Assembly: GCF_009914755.1 (NCBI RefSeq)
Contig: NC_060927.1
Strand: one strand, 5' to 3'
Length of the DNA stretch: 64,000 nt
Source: the human T2T-CHM13v2.0 reference genome, Homo sapiens
Positions within the stretch are counted from its first letter, which is position 1. Each line of letters opens with the position of its first letter. The position numbers and the translations under genes were made by a program. Under the pieces are notes generated by a model. That model worked only from the letters and a program-made list of their open reading frames with translations. It made no database searches and was not told the origin of the DNA. This document shows, in pieces, positions 1-13,985 of this stretch.

Positions 1-3000
1 ATATTGATTCCTCCAATACGTGATTATGGAATGTTTTTCCATTTATTTGTGTCTTCTCTGATTTACTTAGGCAGTGTTTGGTAGTTTTCCTTATAGAGAT
101 CTTTCATCTCTTTGGTTAGCTGAATTTCTAGGTATTTCATTTTCTTTGTGGCTGTTGTAAATGGGATTTCATTATTGATTTTACTCTCAATCTGGACATT
201 ATTGGCGTATAGAAATGCTACTAATTTTTGTACATTGATTTTATATTGTGAAACTTTTGCTAAAGTCATTTATCAGTTGTAGTAGACTTTTGATGGAGTC
301 TATAGGGATTTCTAGGTATAAAATAATATCATCATCACAGAGGGACAGTCAGGCTTCTTCTATTGGAATGTGTTTTCTTTCTTTCTCTTGCATGATTGCT
401 TTGACTACAGCTTCAAGAACTAAGTTGAACAGGAGTGGTGAGAGTGAGCATCCTTGTCTTATTCTAGTTCCTAATAGAAATGGTTCCAGCTTTTGCCCGT
501 TCAGTATGTTGTTGACTGTTGGAGTTTTATAGATGGCTTTTATTATTTTGAGGTATGGTCCTTCAATGCTAGTTTATTGAGGGTTTTTATCATGAATGGA
601 TGTTGGATTTTATCAGATTAATTTTCTGCATATATTGTGATGATTATGTGGTTCTTATTTTTAATTCTGTTGATGTGGTGAATCACATTTATTGATTTGC
701 ATATGTTGAACCAGCCTCGCATTCCAGGAATAAAGCCTACTTGATTGTGGTGTGCTAATTTTTTTGCTAGATTTAGTGTTGCTATATTTAGTTTGCTAGT
801 ATTTCGTCGAGTATTTTTACATCTAGGTTCATTAGGGATATTCACCTGAAGTTTTCATTTTTCATTGTGTGTCTGGCAGATTTGGGTTATTAGGCAGATG
901 CTGGCTTCATAGAATGAGTTAGGAGGAGCCCTTCTTCCTGAATTTTTTGGAATACTTTCAATAAGATTGGTACCAGGTCTTCTTTGCACATCTGGTAAAA
1001 TTCAGCTGTGAATCATCTGCTCCAGGGCTTTTATGGTTCATAGATTTTTTATATATCAGATTCAATTTCAGATCTCAATATTGGTATATTCAGGGTTTCA
1101 GTCTGTTTCTGATTCAGTCTGGGGAGATTGTATATTTCTCAGAATTTATCTATTTTCTCTAGATTTTCTAATTTATGTACATAGAGTAGTTCATAATATT
1201 CTCTGAAGATCTTTTGTATTCCTGTGGGATCAGCTGTAGTGTCATCTTTATCATTTCTGATTGTACTTATTTGGATCTTTTCTTTTTTTATTAATTTAGC
1301 TAGCCATTTATCAAACATTTTTGTTTTAAAGAATTGACTGTTGGTTTCTTTGATTTTTTTATGAATTTTTTTGCATCTCAATTTTATTCACTTCTCTAAT
1401 TTTAGTCATTTCTTTTCTTTGACTGGCTTTTAGGTTGGTTTGTTATTTTTTTCCTGGTTCTTTTAGGTTCAGAGTTAGATTAATTTGAAATCTTTCTAAG
1501 TTTTTGATGAAGGCATTTACCACTGTGAACTTTACTCTTTACACTGCTTTACCTGTATCCCAGAGATTTTGTTAAGTTTTGTCTCTATTTTTATTTAATT
1601 CAAAGAATTTTTTTTACTTTTGCCTTAATGTCAATATTTACCCAGGAATTATTCCAGGAGTCAGTTGTTTAATTTCCATGTGTACTTTTGAGAGATCTTG
1701 ATATTGATTTCTATTTTTACTGCACTGCTGTCCAAGAGTGTGCTTGGAATGCTTTTGAATTCTTTGCATTTATATACTTGCTTTATCACTGAGCATGCGG
1801 TCAATTTTAGATTATGTTCCATGTGCAGATGAGAAGAATGTATATTTGGTGGTTGATGGGTAGAGTGTTCTGTAGGTATCTATTAGGTTTAATTGGTAAA
1901 GTGTAAAGTTTAAATCCAGAGTTTGTTAGCTTTTCTCCTCAATGATCTGTCTAATGCTGTCAGTGATGTGTTGAAGTCCTCTACTATTATCATTTGGCTA
2001 AGACATTTCCTAGTTCAAAAGCACTTGCTTTATAAATCTAGGTGCTCCAGTGTTGGGTGCATATAAATTTAGGATAGATAGTTAAGTCCTCTTGTTGGAT
2101 TGTACTCTTTATCATTATGCAATGTCCTTCTTTCTTCTTCTTGTTATAGGTTTAAAATTCATTTTATCTGATATAAAAATACAGATTCGTGCTATTTTTT
2201 TGTTTTCCATTTGCGTGACAGATCTGACTCCATCTGCTTTGAACCTGTTGGTGTTGCTACATGTTAGTTGGGTCTTTTGCAACCAGCAGACAGTTGGGTC
2301 TTATCTTTTTATCCATATTGTCACTTTATGTCTTTTAAAAGGGGCATTTAGCCCATTTACATTCAGGGTTAGTACTGATATTGATATATGAGATTTTTGA
2401 TCCTGTTGCTGTGTTGTTAGCTGGTTGTTATGTAGACTCAATTGTGTAATTGCTTTATAGTTCCTGTGAGCTCTGTGCTTAAGTGCGTTTTTGTGGTAGC
2501 AGATGTCAGTCTTTTGTTTCCATGTTTAGCATTCCCTTAAGGGCTTAGTTGATATGCATTCCCTTAGCTTTGGTTGTGTGATAAAGATTTTGTTTCTGTT
2601 TCACTTATGAACCATAGCTTGACAGAATATGAGATTCTTGGTTGAAATTTCTTTTTCTTTAAGGATGCTGAAAATAGGCCCCCAGTTTCTTCTGGCTTGT
2701 TAAGGTTTCCGCTGACAGGTCTGCTGCTAGCCTGTTGGGGTTGCCTCTGTACATGACTTGGCCCTTCTCTGTAGCTGCCTTTAAGACTTACTCTTTTGCA
2801 TTGACCTAGGTGAAGTTGATGACTATGTGCTTTGGGAATCATTTTGGATTGTATCTACTCAGGGTCTCTGCATTTCTTGAATTTGTACATCAACTGCTCC
2901 TTTGAGATTAGGGAAACCATAATAGACTATCTTATCAAATATATTTCCCAAGTTGTTTATTCTGTCTTTCCTCTCTCAGGTGTGCTGATGAGTCGTAGAT

Positions 3001-5600
3001 TGTTTTTCTCTTTACATAATCTCACATTTCTCAGGGTTTTTTTTTTAGTTTCTTAAAATTCTTTTTTCTTTATTTTTGCCTGATTGAGTTTATTTGAAGA
3101 TTGGTCTTTGGGCTCAGAGATTCTTTCCTTAATTTGGTCTATTCTGCTGTTAATACTTTCAGTTATATTATGAAATTCTTGTAGTGAATTTTTTAACTCT
3201 AGAAGTTCAGTTTGGTTCTTTTTTAAAGTGGCAATTTTATTTTCCAGCTCTTGGATTGTTTCATTGAATTTTTTGGATCCCTTGGATTGGATTTCAACTT
3301 TCCTTTGAATCTCAATGAGTTTCTTTGCTATCCAAATTCTTTATTCTATGTCCGTCATTTTTTCATTTCTAAGTGACTAAGAACCATTGCTGGGGAGCTG
3401 GTTGATTTGTTTGGATGTAAGAGTGCGCTCTGGCTTTTCAAATTGTTAGAGTTCTTGCTATGGTTCTTTCTCACATGGGAAGATTAGTGTTTCTTTAACT
3501 ATGGTGTAATTTGAGTATAGTCACTTGGATTCATTTCTGGATGTTTTCAGAGGGCCAAGGCTCTGTGCAGGATCTTTATTTTTGGCTAGAATACTGTCCT
3601 TGGTTTCACAGCAGGACAAAGTAGCAAAGTATTTTTGGTGTTCTACTTTGGGCTGCAATCTAGTAGATAGATAGCACTTAAGAGTAATGGCCAGAAGATA
3701 GGCTCTTACTCAGCCAGGTGGCTCCTTTTTATTTCCTCGTGTTTGTAGCCATGCTTTATGATGCAGTGAGAGAGGTGACCCCTCCACCAGGTTTGCTCTT
3801 GAGACTTGAGAGTGCCCCTTCTGATCAGTGGCACTGGGCCCTCGTTTTTTTAATTAGGTGTTCTGGGCTGCACGGCTCCCTCAGGCAGAGGCCATGGCAG
3901 TGAGACAGGCCACACCTTTTCTAGGCTGGCCCTGTGGAGGAAGGCAGGCCCTGCTCTCCACAGCAGCCCAGGAACCCACGTGACTCACCCCTCTAAGTGC
4001 TCTGAGAGCTTGGGCTCTTCTGTTTAAGTGTTATCCACAGATTTTGGCTTAACACTCCTAAGCTCCTTACTGCAGCCCTGGGGAAAGCTCAGGCTTTTTG
4101 TTCCTTTCCCGGCTCAGGAGCACCAAGGGTGGGGACCTTAGCAGTGGCAATGGCAGAGGCCCTGTCATTGTTTCTGGGAGCTCCACCTCAGAGAAACAGA
4201 GAACCCTTGCCCATGAAAATGATCATCCGGGGTAGGGTGGCTGCACTCTGGGCCCACAGCAGGGTCTCTGATTGGCAAAGAGCCAGGAAGACACTCTGAC
4301 CTTTTCTCTGTTTGGTGGCTGCAGCATGTTGGAGGGGCAAGGTAAGCTCTCAGGCTCTGTTCTCTGCCCCATCGGGGCAGAACCACCGGGTGAGAGTGCA
4401 GCGAGGGCAGCTACCGCTGTGGGCAGTAGCAGAGAGGCTGTCAGTTGCCTCTGGAGACCACCCTGGAGACACACAAAATTGCTGCCAATGGAAATGTTCA
4501 GCTGGTGCTGGGACAGCTACCCTGCAGCCCAAGCCAAGGCCCTGCCTAGTGAAAAGCAGGGGTGTTCGAGGCTCACAAGGAAGACAGTCTGTCCTCCTCT
4601 CTGTAGATTAGCTGCTGTGTGCTGTAGGCATGCAAAAGCCATCAGGGACTTTGTTTCTTTCCCAGCCTGGGGGATGCAAGGGTGGGTACTGCTGTGGTGG
4701 CAGTGGCAGAAAGCCTGTCATTTGTCTGGGAGCTCCACTCGAGAGAAATGCAGAGCCACCACTAACTGAAGTGATCAGGTGAGGGTAAGGCAGCTGTGTT
4801 GAGGGCCCAGGCCAGGAGCCCTGCCCAGTGAGGAGTAGCAGGGGCAGGGATGGCATGGAAAACAGTCTGGCCACTGTTATACAAGGTAGCTATGGTGTGC
4901 TGGAGGCCTGTGACAGTTTTGAGGCTCTTCACTCCTCCAGCCTAAGGGAAGCAGGGGTGGAAACTGTAGGCAGACCTATTGGTTACCTCTGGGAGCTTTA
5001 TCCCAGAGAAATGCAGAGCTGCAGCTGACTGGAGTACTCAGGTGTGGGTGAGGTGGCTGTGCTGGTGTCCCAGTCTGGTGGGCTTTGCCTGGTGAGGTTG
5101 GGTCTGCAGTCCTTTGGTCCCTCAGCACCATGTACATGGCCCCTAACCTAGGGGCACACAGTACAGCCTGGGCTCCCTTGTTGGTAGATCTGTGGCAGCT
5201 GGTGCTGGGGTGCCCAAGGATCCAAGGCCTGTTGGGCTCCACATGGGCCTGAGCAGCAGCTCTGCTCAGACTCCATGTAGGTCTGTGGGTGGGGGGTGGG
5301 TCAGGAGAGATCTCATATGCCCAGGATGGCAAACATTCATGGAAGAAGTTTGAGTTCCTTGGGGCTGTCACTCACTCACCCTTTCTCCAGGTAGGGAGCC
5401 TACTCTGGCTCTGAGGCAGTCCCAGGTAGGTGGCTGTACTGCCTGGCTGCCCTCTGCTCCCCATGGGTCACTGTTGCTTCCTTGGTGAATCCCAATGTGG
5501 CCTCATGGATAACCCACTTCAAGACCTAGTGTTTACTTGCCACTCTCTCCTCTCTGTAATAGTGGCACACACTAGCTGCTTCTAGTCAGCCATCATGGTG
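1..5600 (-). mobile_element. Old primate LINE-1 (L1PB/L1PA15-16-like): 5' UTR, ORF1 and ORF2 up to the RT domain, decayed; continues past the left edge
   Basis: Minus-strand ORFs 63-269, 618-845 and 1139-1381 are ORF2 pieces ([36 protein letters not shown]). ORF 2564-2842 ends in ORF1-like FQPRISY. The GC-rich 5' UTR spans about 3500-5600 and ends at ctagctgcttctagtcagccatc, the reverse complement of the old L1 start ATGGCTGACTAGAAGCAGC. Many stops and frameshifts. Confidence 0.93.
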
Positions 5601-5624
5601 CTTCTTTATACTAATTTCATTTTA

Positions 5625-6120
5625 ATGCTTCATTGTATAAATGTACTACAGTTTGTTTACCTGTTTACCTATTGAAGGACCTCCATGTTGCTTCCAAGTT
5701 TTGGCAATTATGAATAAAGCTGTTATAAATATCCATATGCATGTTTTTGTGCAGACATGGGTTTTCAATTCATCTGGGTAAGTATCAAGAAATACAATTG
5801 CTGAATCATATGTTAAAAGTAAGTTTACTTTTGTAAGAAACTGCCAAACTGTCATCCTAAGTGGGTTTACCATTTTGCATTCCCATCAGCGACGAATGGG
5901 AATTGATGTTACTCTACATCCTTGTCAGCATTTGGTGTTGTCAATCTTCTGGATTTTAGCCATTCTAATAAGTGTGTAGTGGTATCTCATTGTTGTATTA
6001 ATTTGAAATTCCCTCATGACATATGATGTTAAACATCTTTTAGTGTGTTTATTTGCCACCTGTATATCTTCTCTGATGGGGTGTCTACTCAGATATTTTG
6101 CCAATTTTTTAATTGGTTTA
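5625..6120 (-). mobile_element. L1M (L1MB/L1MC-like) ORF2 C-terminal fragment
   Basis: ORF 5646-5873 (TVWQFLTKVNLLLTYDSAI...ALFIIAKTWKQ) matches the L1 ORF2 C-terminus. Confidence 0.85.
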
Positions 6121-6139
6121 ATTCAAAATGTACTAGAAA

Positions 6140-6390
6140 TCCATTGAACTATTTTAAGCAGGGAAGTTATATGAGTAGATTTCATTTTTAAAAGAATCAC
6201 TTTAGCTACTGGATACTTACAAGATAAAGGCAGATAAGAGTCAAAACAAAGAGACCAGTTAGTAGGCTATTACCATAATTTAGGAAAAAAAGTGGTGGTG
6301 CCTTGCTCTCTTGTGGTGGCACTAGAAGAGAGAGATGTCTGGATTTGGGATATATTTTGAAGGATATTTGATGTTGGGTTAGATAGTAAG
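6140..6390 (-). mobile_element. L2 LINE fragment
   Basis: gagaccagttagtaggctatt...gatatattttgaagg resembles the antisense L2 body. A similar piece is at about 7180-7450. Confidence 0.65.
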
Positions 6391-6429
6391 TATGTTGGTT
6401 ATTATGATACTAGTTATTTTTTTGCATTT

Positions 6430-6720
6430 TTAAAAATTACAGCTTTATTAAAATATAATTAACATACCATAAAATCCACCTCCTTAAAGTATACAATTCA
6501 TTGGTCCTTAGTATGTTCACAGAGATGTGCCATCATTGCCACACTCTAAATTTAGAATACTTTCTTTGCTCCAAAAAGAAACCATGTACCCCTTGGCAGT
6601 CACTCTACTTTCTCCCAACTCCTAGTCTCCTAGCACTAGGCAATACTAATCTACTTTCTGTCTCTATAGGGTTGCCTACTTTAGACATTTCACATAAGCA
6701 GAATTATACAGCATATGGTA
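6430..6720 (-). mobile_element. L1MB-like 3' end
   Basis: acagctttattaaaatataatt...tatacaattc...ctaatctactttctgtctctata is a typical antisense L1MB 3' UTR. Confidence 0.8.
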
Positions 6721-6799
6721 TGACACTAGTTATTATAACAAACATGCTTCATTTTGTCAGTGGCTTAAAAACTAAAGTTTTGTTTTGCCTCTGACAGAC

Positions 6800-7180
6800 T
6801 AATGTGGCTGTTTTTGGCCTCTGTATGTTTTTTTGGGTGGGGGGTACTTTTCACGCAGTCATTTATGGAGCCAGTCTGATTGAGAACCTGCAAACATTAT
6901 GTGGGTTTCATGGTTTCCCAGGCATTGACATCCAGCTGGCTGATGGGAAAAAAAAAGGATGAAGAAGGTGCACTCACTTCTTAAGCACTTTGCCCAAGAA
7001 AGCTAATGTATCACTTCTATTAACTTTTATCTAATGAAAACCAGCTGCTGTGCTCCAAGTTTTATGCAAGGAGAATAGGAAATATGGTGACTCTTTAGGC
7101 AGCCACTTTGCTATAACAACTCTGCTATGCAAAAGTGAAAAATGAATTATTAGTGGAAAGTTGGTCATCTCTGCCATGTG
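6800..7180 (-). mobile_element. Old ERVL-MaLR solo LTR (MLT1-like)
   Basis: Motifs cactcacttcttaagc, atcacttct and tgcaaggagaataggaaatat resemble an antisense MLT1 LTR. Confidence 0.5.
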
Positions 7181-9848
7181 AGATATGAGGAAAAAAAGAG
7201 TAGTCAAATATGGTGTCAGCAGTAGGAGGTCTGTTTACTGTTTGTTGGTACACTGAGTGGGCTAGGAACACTAAAATCACAAGAATACATTTTATATGCT
7301 AATTTGAGACATCTATTAGGCATTAAGTCAGACATCAAATACGGAGTTGAGAGGAGAGATGTTATTTAAGGTGTACATTTGGGAGTAATTAGAATACAAG
7401 ATATATAAAGTCATAAAACTGTATCATCTAATTTAGGAAGTACATATGAATAAGAAAGAAAAATAAATCCAAGTTTTTTTTCCATTGCCAGAAGTTTACT
7501 TGCATTCCCATTTTATACACAGTAAAATTATGGCGTGAAGTTAAATGAATTAGAAAGAAAATAATCAGAATTAGAGAGAATTAGAAAGAAAAGCTGTGTC
7601 AGTCATTATCCAATATCCTTTCTGTATCCCTTCTAGAAATGGTTGCAGACTCAAATAAATGGCTATAAGAAGAAACTAGTTTCCTTAAGTAACCTATTTG
7701 AGGTAGACATTTTAAACATTTTTTTTTTCTTTTTCCTAGCAGGGTTTCCATATTCTAATTTTTATTCCTTGGGTAGTTTCTTTCTTTGTTGTTGTTTAAA
7801 CACTTCTTAGCTCTAGGGAACTACTCTGTTTTATTTTTAATTGAATCTGGGACTTTGCAAGTTTGAAAGCCACTGACTTTTTTCATTGCAGTGTTTAAGA
7901 AGAGATTGCAAAATAGTATTTGTCAGAATGTTTTGGGCTGGAAGGATGACATACAATACCCATGTGAAGTCACAGACACTGCCTCTAAACACACTTTGTT
8001 TCTTCTATCAGTTACTTCAAAACAGGATATATGGCTTTCCATGACAAATTGGAGCTTCCTAGACATGCCATGTACACATTTGCCTCTCTTCCCAAGTTTG
8101 ATAACCAAGTAACCCTAAAATTTAATATAGTAGATATTTTTCTAGATTTTGAAATTCTAAATTTTATAAAATAATTTGTTAATTAATTTGTAAAATGAAA
8201 GTCTTGTTTTTAAAATAAATATGGTGCTCTCTTCAAATTACAAAATGCCATATAGTTACGCATTGTTGTGTATAAAAATTCCTCAAGTTTGGTATACTTA
8301 TTCACTGCAAGTTTTTCTGTACTCATTACTCAGATAATTGTGTTTCTACCTTCTTTTCACTCAGTAAGTTTATTCTGAAGAAGAAGGATTCTGATTGTTG
8401 GGATAGATTTTGCAGGTATCTAAAGGGTTTATAGTCATTTTGCAGGGGCCATTTTGCAGGTATCTAAAGGGTTTATAGTCAGTTACTAAGATCTATAAAT
8501 CTGATGTCAGAAGGTGAAAAAAATTATGAAAATTACTTGCTAAAATAATTGACAGCTAGTAGTACTTACAACACAGGTGGAGAATAAAGCTCAATTTCAA
8601 AAGCAGTCTATTCAACCTCATATTCATAGTGGTTTCACCCACTCCTTCCTTCCTTTTCCCCTAAGCACAGCTGCAAGTTTAAGTAGGAAGGCAAACGATA
8701 ATCAGCCACTTCGATTGGCTGCTGAATCACAGTTGTGCCCAATTTGCCTGTTTAACTTTTTTTCTTCCTTGATTGACTGCGGTTCTTTCCTCCCCTAAAT
8801 GTTCATAATGACAACATGACAGGTCAGAGCTTTTCAGTGTCAGAGACTAGCCACACAACACAGTCGCTCTCACAAAGCAAAGTGGCAAAAGTGTTATAAT
8901 GCTAGCACATTTAGTTTTGCCCTATCTTATTTGTGTTAAAATTAACCACAGACATATCACAGTGCTACATTGTGAATCTAAATTCCAACTGGAAGTACGG
9001 TTGGTTTACTGATAATTTTCTGAAGGGTGTATCTGTGTGTGTGGTGTTTGTGTGCATAAGGGAGAGAGAGTTTGTAAGATTGAAAAGTTGTGAGATTTTA
9101 TTTTCTTTTCGTTATAAAAAAAGAAAAGAACCTCAAAGCAAAAAGCACCCACTCATAACGAAGAATTTGACTTTCCAGGAAAACGATGAAGAATGTTCCA
9201 TTCATTCGTAGTATAAATAGTAGCTCTAACCCATTTTCACCTCCTTCCTCATACTTGCAAAGCTGAAATATGTTCAGTACTTTAACTTATGATATGTCAA
9301 TCCTGAAAGTGGAAAAAAAAAAGTACTATGATAAATGTAGCTACTAAAGAGGCTATATGACATTTTTAACTTTACAACATTTTTTAAAAGAGATCAAGTT
9401 TTAATGTTATAGAAGGATAGATGTTAAATGATATAAGAGGAGGATAGGACCATCACAATGGTTTAGCATATTGACCAGGAATTTCCTTTTGTTTGTGTAC
9501 ATGAAGTGTGTGCGTGTGCATACGCGTATATGTGAAAGAGAGAGAAAGACAGGTTGGTGAGGGGCAGAGAAATAATTTTTTGCTTTCCTTAATTTTACCA
9601 AATAAACTTTGCTTTTTGTCTTATAGTAATAGCATGCAATATTGTAATTTAAATTAGATTAAAATCTGTTTTTATATTAGATCTTGCAATGAATTCAACT
9701 CAAATAGTTATCTCCTTTTTGTTTTAACATCAATGTCTAAATTATTTTTCTTAAAAGTTTTCCCATTGTTTAATACATTTGTGTTAAAATGTCTATAACA
9801 AACATTTCAGAACTACATATTAAAGACCAAGACTAAATTCTTTTGTTC

Positions 9849-10003
9849 AGTATCTCTCAAACATGAAGGTGCAGACTAGGTGCTTGGGAACCTTATTGAA
9901 ATGAAGATTCTAATTCAGATAATTGGAGGTGGTGCTTATGATTTTAAGTTTATCCCAGTTATATTGATGCTCACAGTACGTGGAAAAACTTTGAGTAGAA
10001 AGG
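9849..10003. mobile_element. MER5-like hAT-Charlie MITE relic
   Basis: cagtatctctcaaac...gattctaattcag...tgatgct...actttgagtag follows the MER5A layout. Confidence 0.6.
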
Positions 10004-10889
10004 CTTTATTTTGAATCAAAAATAATTTAATAACAACAATAATAATTTTATGCATATTGTATCTCCAGGGAAAATAATAGTTAACATGAAAAATTAATAA
10101 TCAGGTGTACAAGACTATCAAATTTATTGAATATCGTTTAGGTAGATCATTCAGTTCCATTACTCTATTAATACTGAAATTCTGTAACTGTACTGTGAGA
10201 CATTTGTCTAACATTGACTTCTTATTGGCAGATTCAATACCTGTTGACTTACGATAAATTTTAAGGTTTGCAGATTGTTGAATATGTCTGAAAGTTCTTT
10301 GAGAAGAAGAATATTAGGAAACAGCTGAAGTGCTTTTAAACTATGATACAGTCTTTTGGCATGCTAATGAATTGAACTAGAAAACTCGTTTGCATCTTAA
10401 AGCCACAAATCATAAACTGTGAATGAAAAACCAACCATGAAGGAAAAAAAATTGGTGTGTTCTGTTATAAGTTAGTATGAAAGTCTACATTTTGTCTAGT
10501 GATAAACAACACTCACTGCAGATACTTCAGGTTAGACCAGATCTGGTCTGAAAGCTTAGCAGATTGCACTCTAATGAGGGATTCTGGGGAGATGATTAGC
10601 TATAAGGACATACATATATAATAGCTCTATCATAAATCCTTTACAGAGAAAATAAAAGAGAATTTATGTAATACTGGAACATCTCTGACTATAACTCCTA
10701 AAATAATAGATGTCATAGGGTACCACAACTCAGGATGCCAAATATCACAAATGTCTTAGTCCTAAAACGAGTCTTAAATAAACCAAAGCACTGGATCTAG
10801 CATGTGCATATTGTTGCTCCATGTTTGACTTTCTGCTGCAGACATTTCCAATAACAAACTTAAATTCTTTCTTATATATCTTTATAGTT

Positions 10890-11800
<911 letters not shown>

Positions 11801-12462
11801 TAACTCAATTTTGATATATTTTCTATAGGTGTTGTTTCTAGAGTTGTAATTGAAAAATGAGTAGACACAATAAAAAGAGAGCCAGGATTTATAGCTAATG
11901 TTGTTCTAATCCACCTCCTCTAGTTGGACAAGCTTTATCAGAGCCAGAAAATAGTCTCAGGAAGAAAACTAGGATGGACTGGTACAACAAAGTCTGAATC
12001 TAGATTGGTTATTATGGCCATTACTTCTAACTTACTGATATAAAAATATATTCACTTTCATAGAATTCCTGAAGTTTGATTCTTGCCATGGTAGATGAAA
12101 CATTCTTAACACAGGTGACTTTTATGAGAATTTTAAGCATGTACTTATGAAGTTTGTTATCTTTTGACAGTAGCGTGTAGATATCACATATAAAGTTTTT
12201 GAGAAAAAAATTAAAAAGCCAAAAACCTTATCATCTTGAAAGGCAAAATAGTAACTATTATTAGAAAAGAGAAATGACAGCAATTTTTTATTTATAAACC
12301 CAATTAAATTACCAATATTTTCTTTAACACATATTTGCTTTTTCCTTATAACTTAAATATAGCCTTCCTTTAAATTATTAATATCTGCTTAAACTTTACT
12401 GGCTCAAATATCAATTGTGCAAACATGGAGATCAATAGAATTTAATAAGAATTTGCACAATT

Positions 12463-12771
<309 letters not shown>

Positions 12772-12905
12772 TTAATAAGCTAAGAAAAATAAAAATAAAA
12801 TGCAAGATGTTATCAGTAGATGAGCCAAAGCTAGACATATTTAGGCTGACTATAACAAAGTGATGCCAATATAAGTCTAATTTGCTCATTTGTAAAAATG
12901 TTTCT

Positions 12906-13134
12906 AAGAAAGAAAGAAAGAAAAAGAAAGGAAGGAAAGAAAGAAAAAGAAAAGAGATGGAGGAAGGAAGGCAGGGAGAGAAATAGAAAAGGGGAGACAG
13001 GGAGGGAGGGAGAAAGAAAGGAAGGAAGAAAAGAGTGATAGGGAGGAAGGAAGGGAGAAAGAGAGGGAGGAAGGGTGAGAGAGAAGAAGGAAGGAAGGAA
13101 AGAAGGAAGGAAGGAAAAAAGGAAGGAAGGAAGG
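12906..13134. repeat. GA-rich polypurine simple repeat (GAAA/GGAA)n
   Basis: About 230 bp of almost only A and G. Confidence 0.95.
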
Positions 13135-13699
13135 CTGAATTGATTTTTGGTAGACCTCTTTAAATTATGGCAAAGAGTATGTTGTCAACTTTCTGAAACT
13201 ATTTCCTGAATTTGATTAGCAAACTTATATTAAAAGAATGTCTTCAAATAGTGGAGAAAATGACTGTCTTTGCTTGTCAGATCCATAAACTCTAGGATGT
13301 GTGTTTTCCTATTCTTGACTGGGGTACCAATGTGTGACCCATCTGGTTATGACTAAGGGGCCAGATATGAATCAGCAAGCTGCTTCTCCTGATAAAATTC
13401 TTTTTCCATCACTTCTCCAGGAATATGAATCTGGAAGGTTGAAGTGTTGTGTTGAGAAAATATTTGTGTAATATACAAGGTAAGTACACTCTATGGTCAG
13501 CTAAAAAAAAATTTATTGGTTTGTGTATTGGCTCTGCACAGTTTCCCAAAAATAATTGTCAGTCATTATGGCTAGACTCCTCTCTTTTCTATCTACATAT
13601 TTGTACAGTGACTCTATTAGTTACCTACCAGACTGAAAAACTCTCCTGATTTACCTGTGGTGGTGATAGATCCAGTGGAATCAGGCAGTGGGTACTTAA

Positions 13700-13985
13700 G
13701 ACCCAAATGTCACCTCCGTATGAAAAGACTTCCTTAACCATTCTACCAAATGTAGTTCTTGAATTCCTTCTGACCTTTCATACCAACACCCTGCTTTATT
13801 TTCTTCATTACATTTACGTTTAACTGAAATTACATTATTCTCCCTCTTTTTCTGTCCTCCTTCATTAGATTGTAAGGTCTGAGTAAGTAGGGACTGGTCA
13901 CTGGTCTATCCCTAACATCTAAAACAATACCTGACATAAGAAGTGTGCTTAATACACATATGCTGAATACATTAATCAAATAATT
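13700..13985 (+). mobile_element. L2 3' end
   Basis: aatgtcacctcc...tagattgtaag...cctgacataag...gctgaatacattaat. Confidence 0.7.

Noticed and set aside
4165-5371. Cluster of overlapping ORFs up to 165 aa
   Set aside because: They lie in the GC-rich L1 5' UTR, where stop codons are rare, and show no recognisable domain.
8407-8481. CRISPR-like 31-bp direct repeats
   Set aside because: Only two copies, the 13-nt spacer derives from the repeat itself, there are no cas genes, and the DNA is primate.
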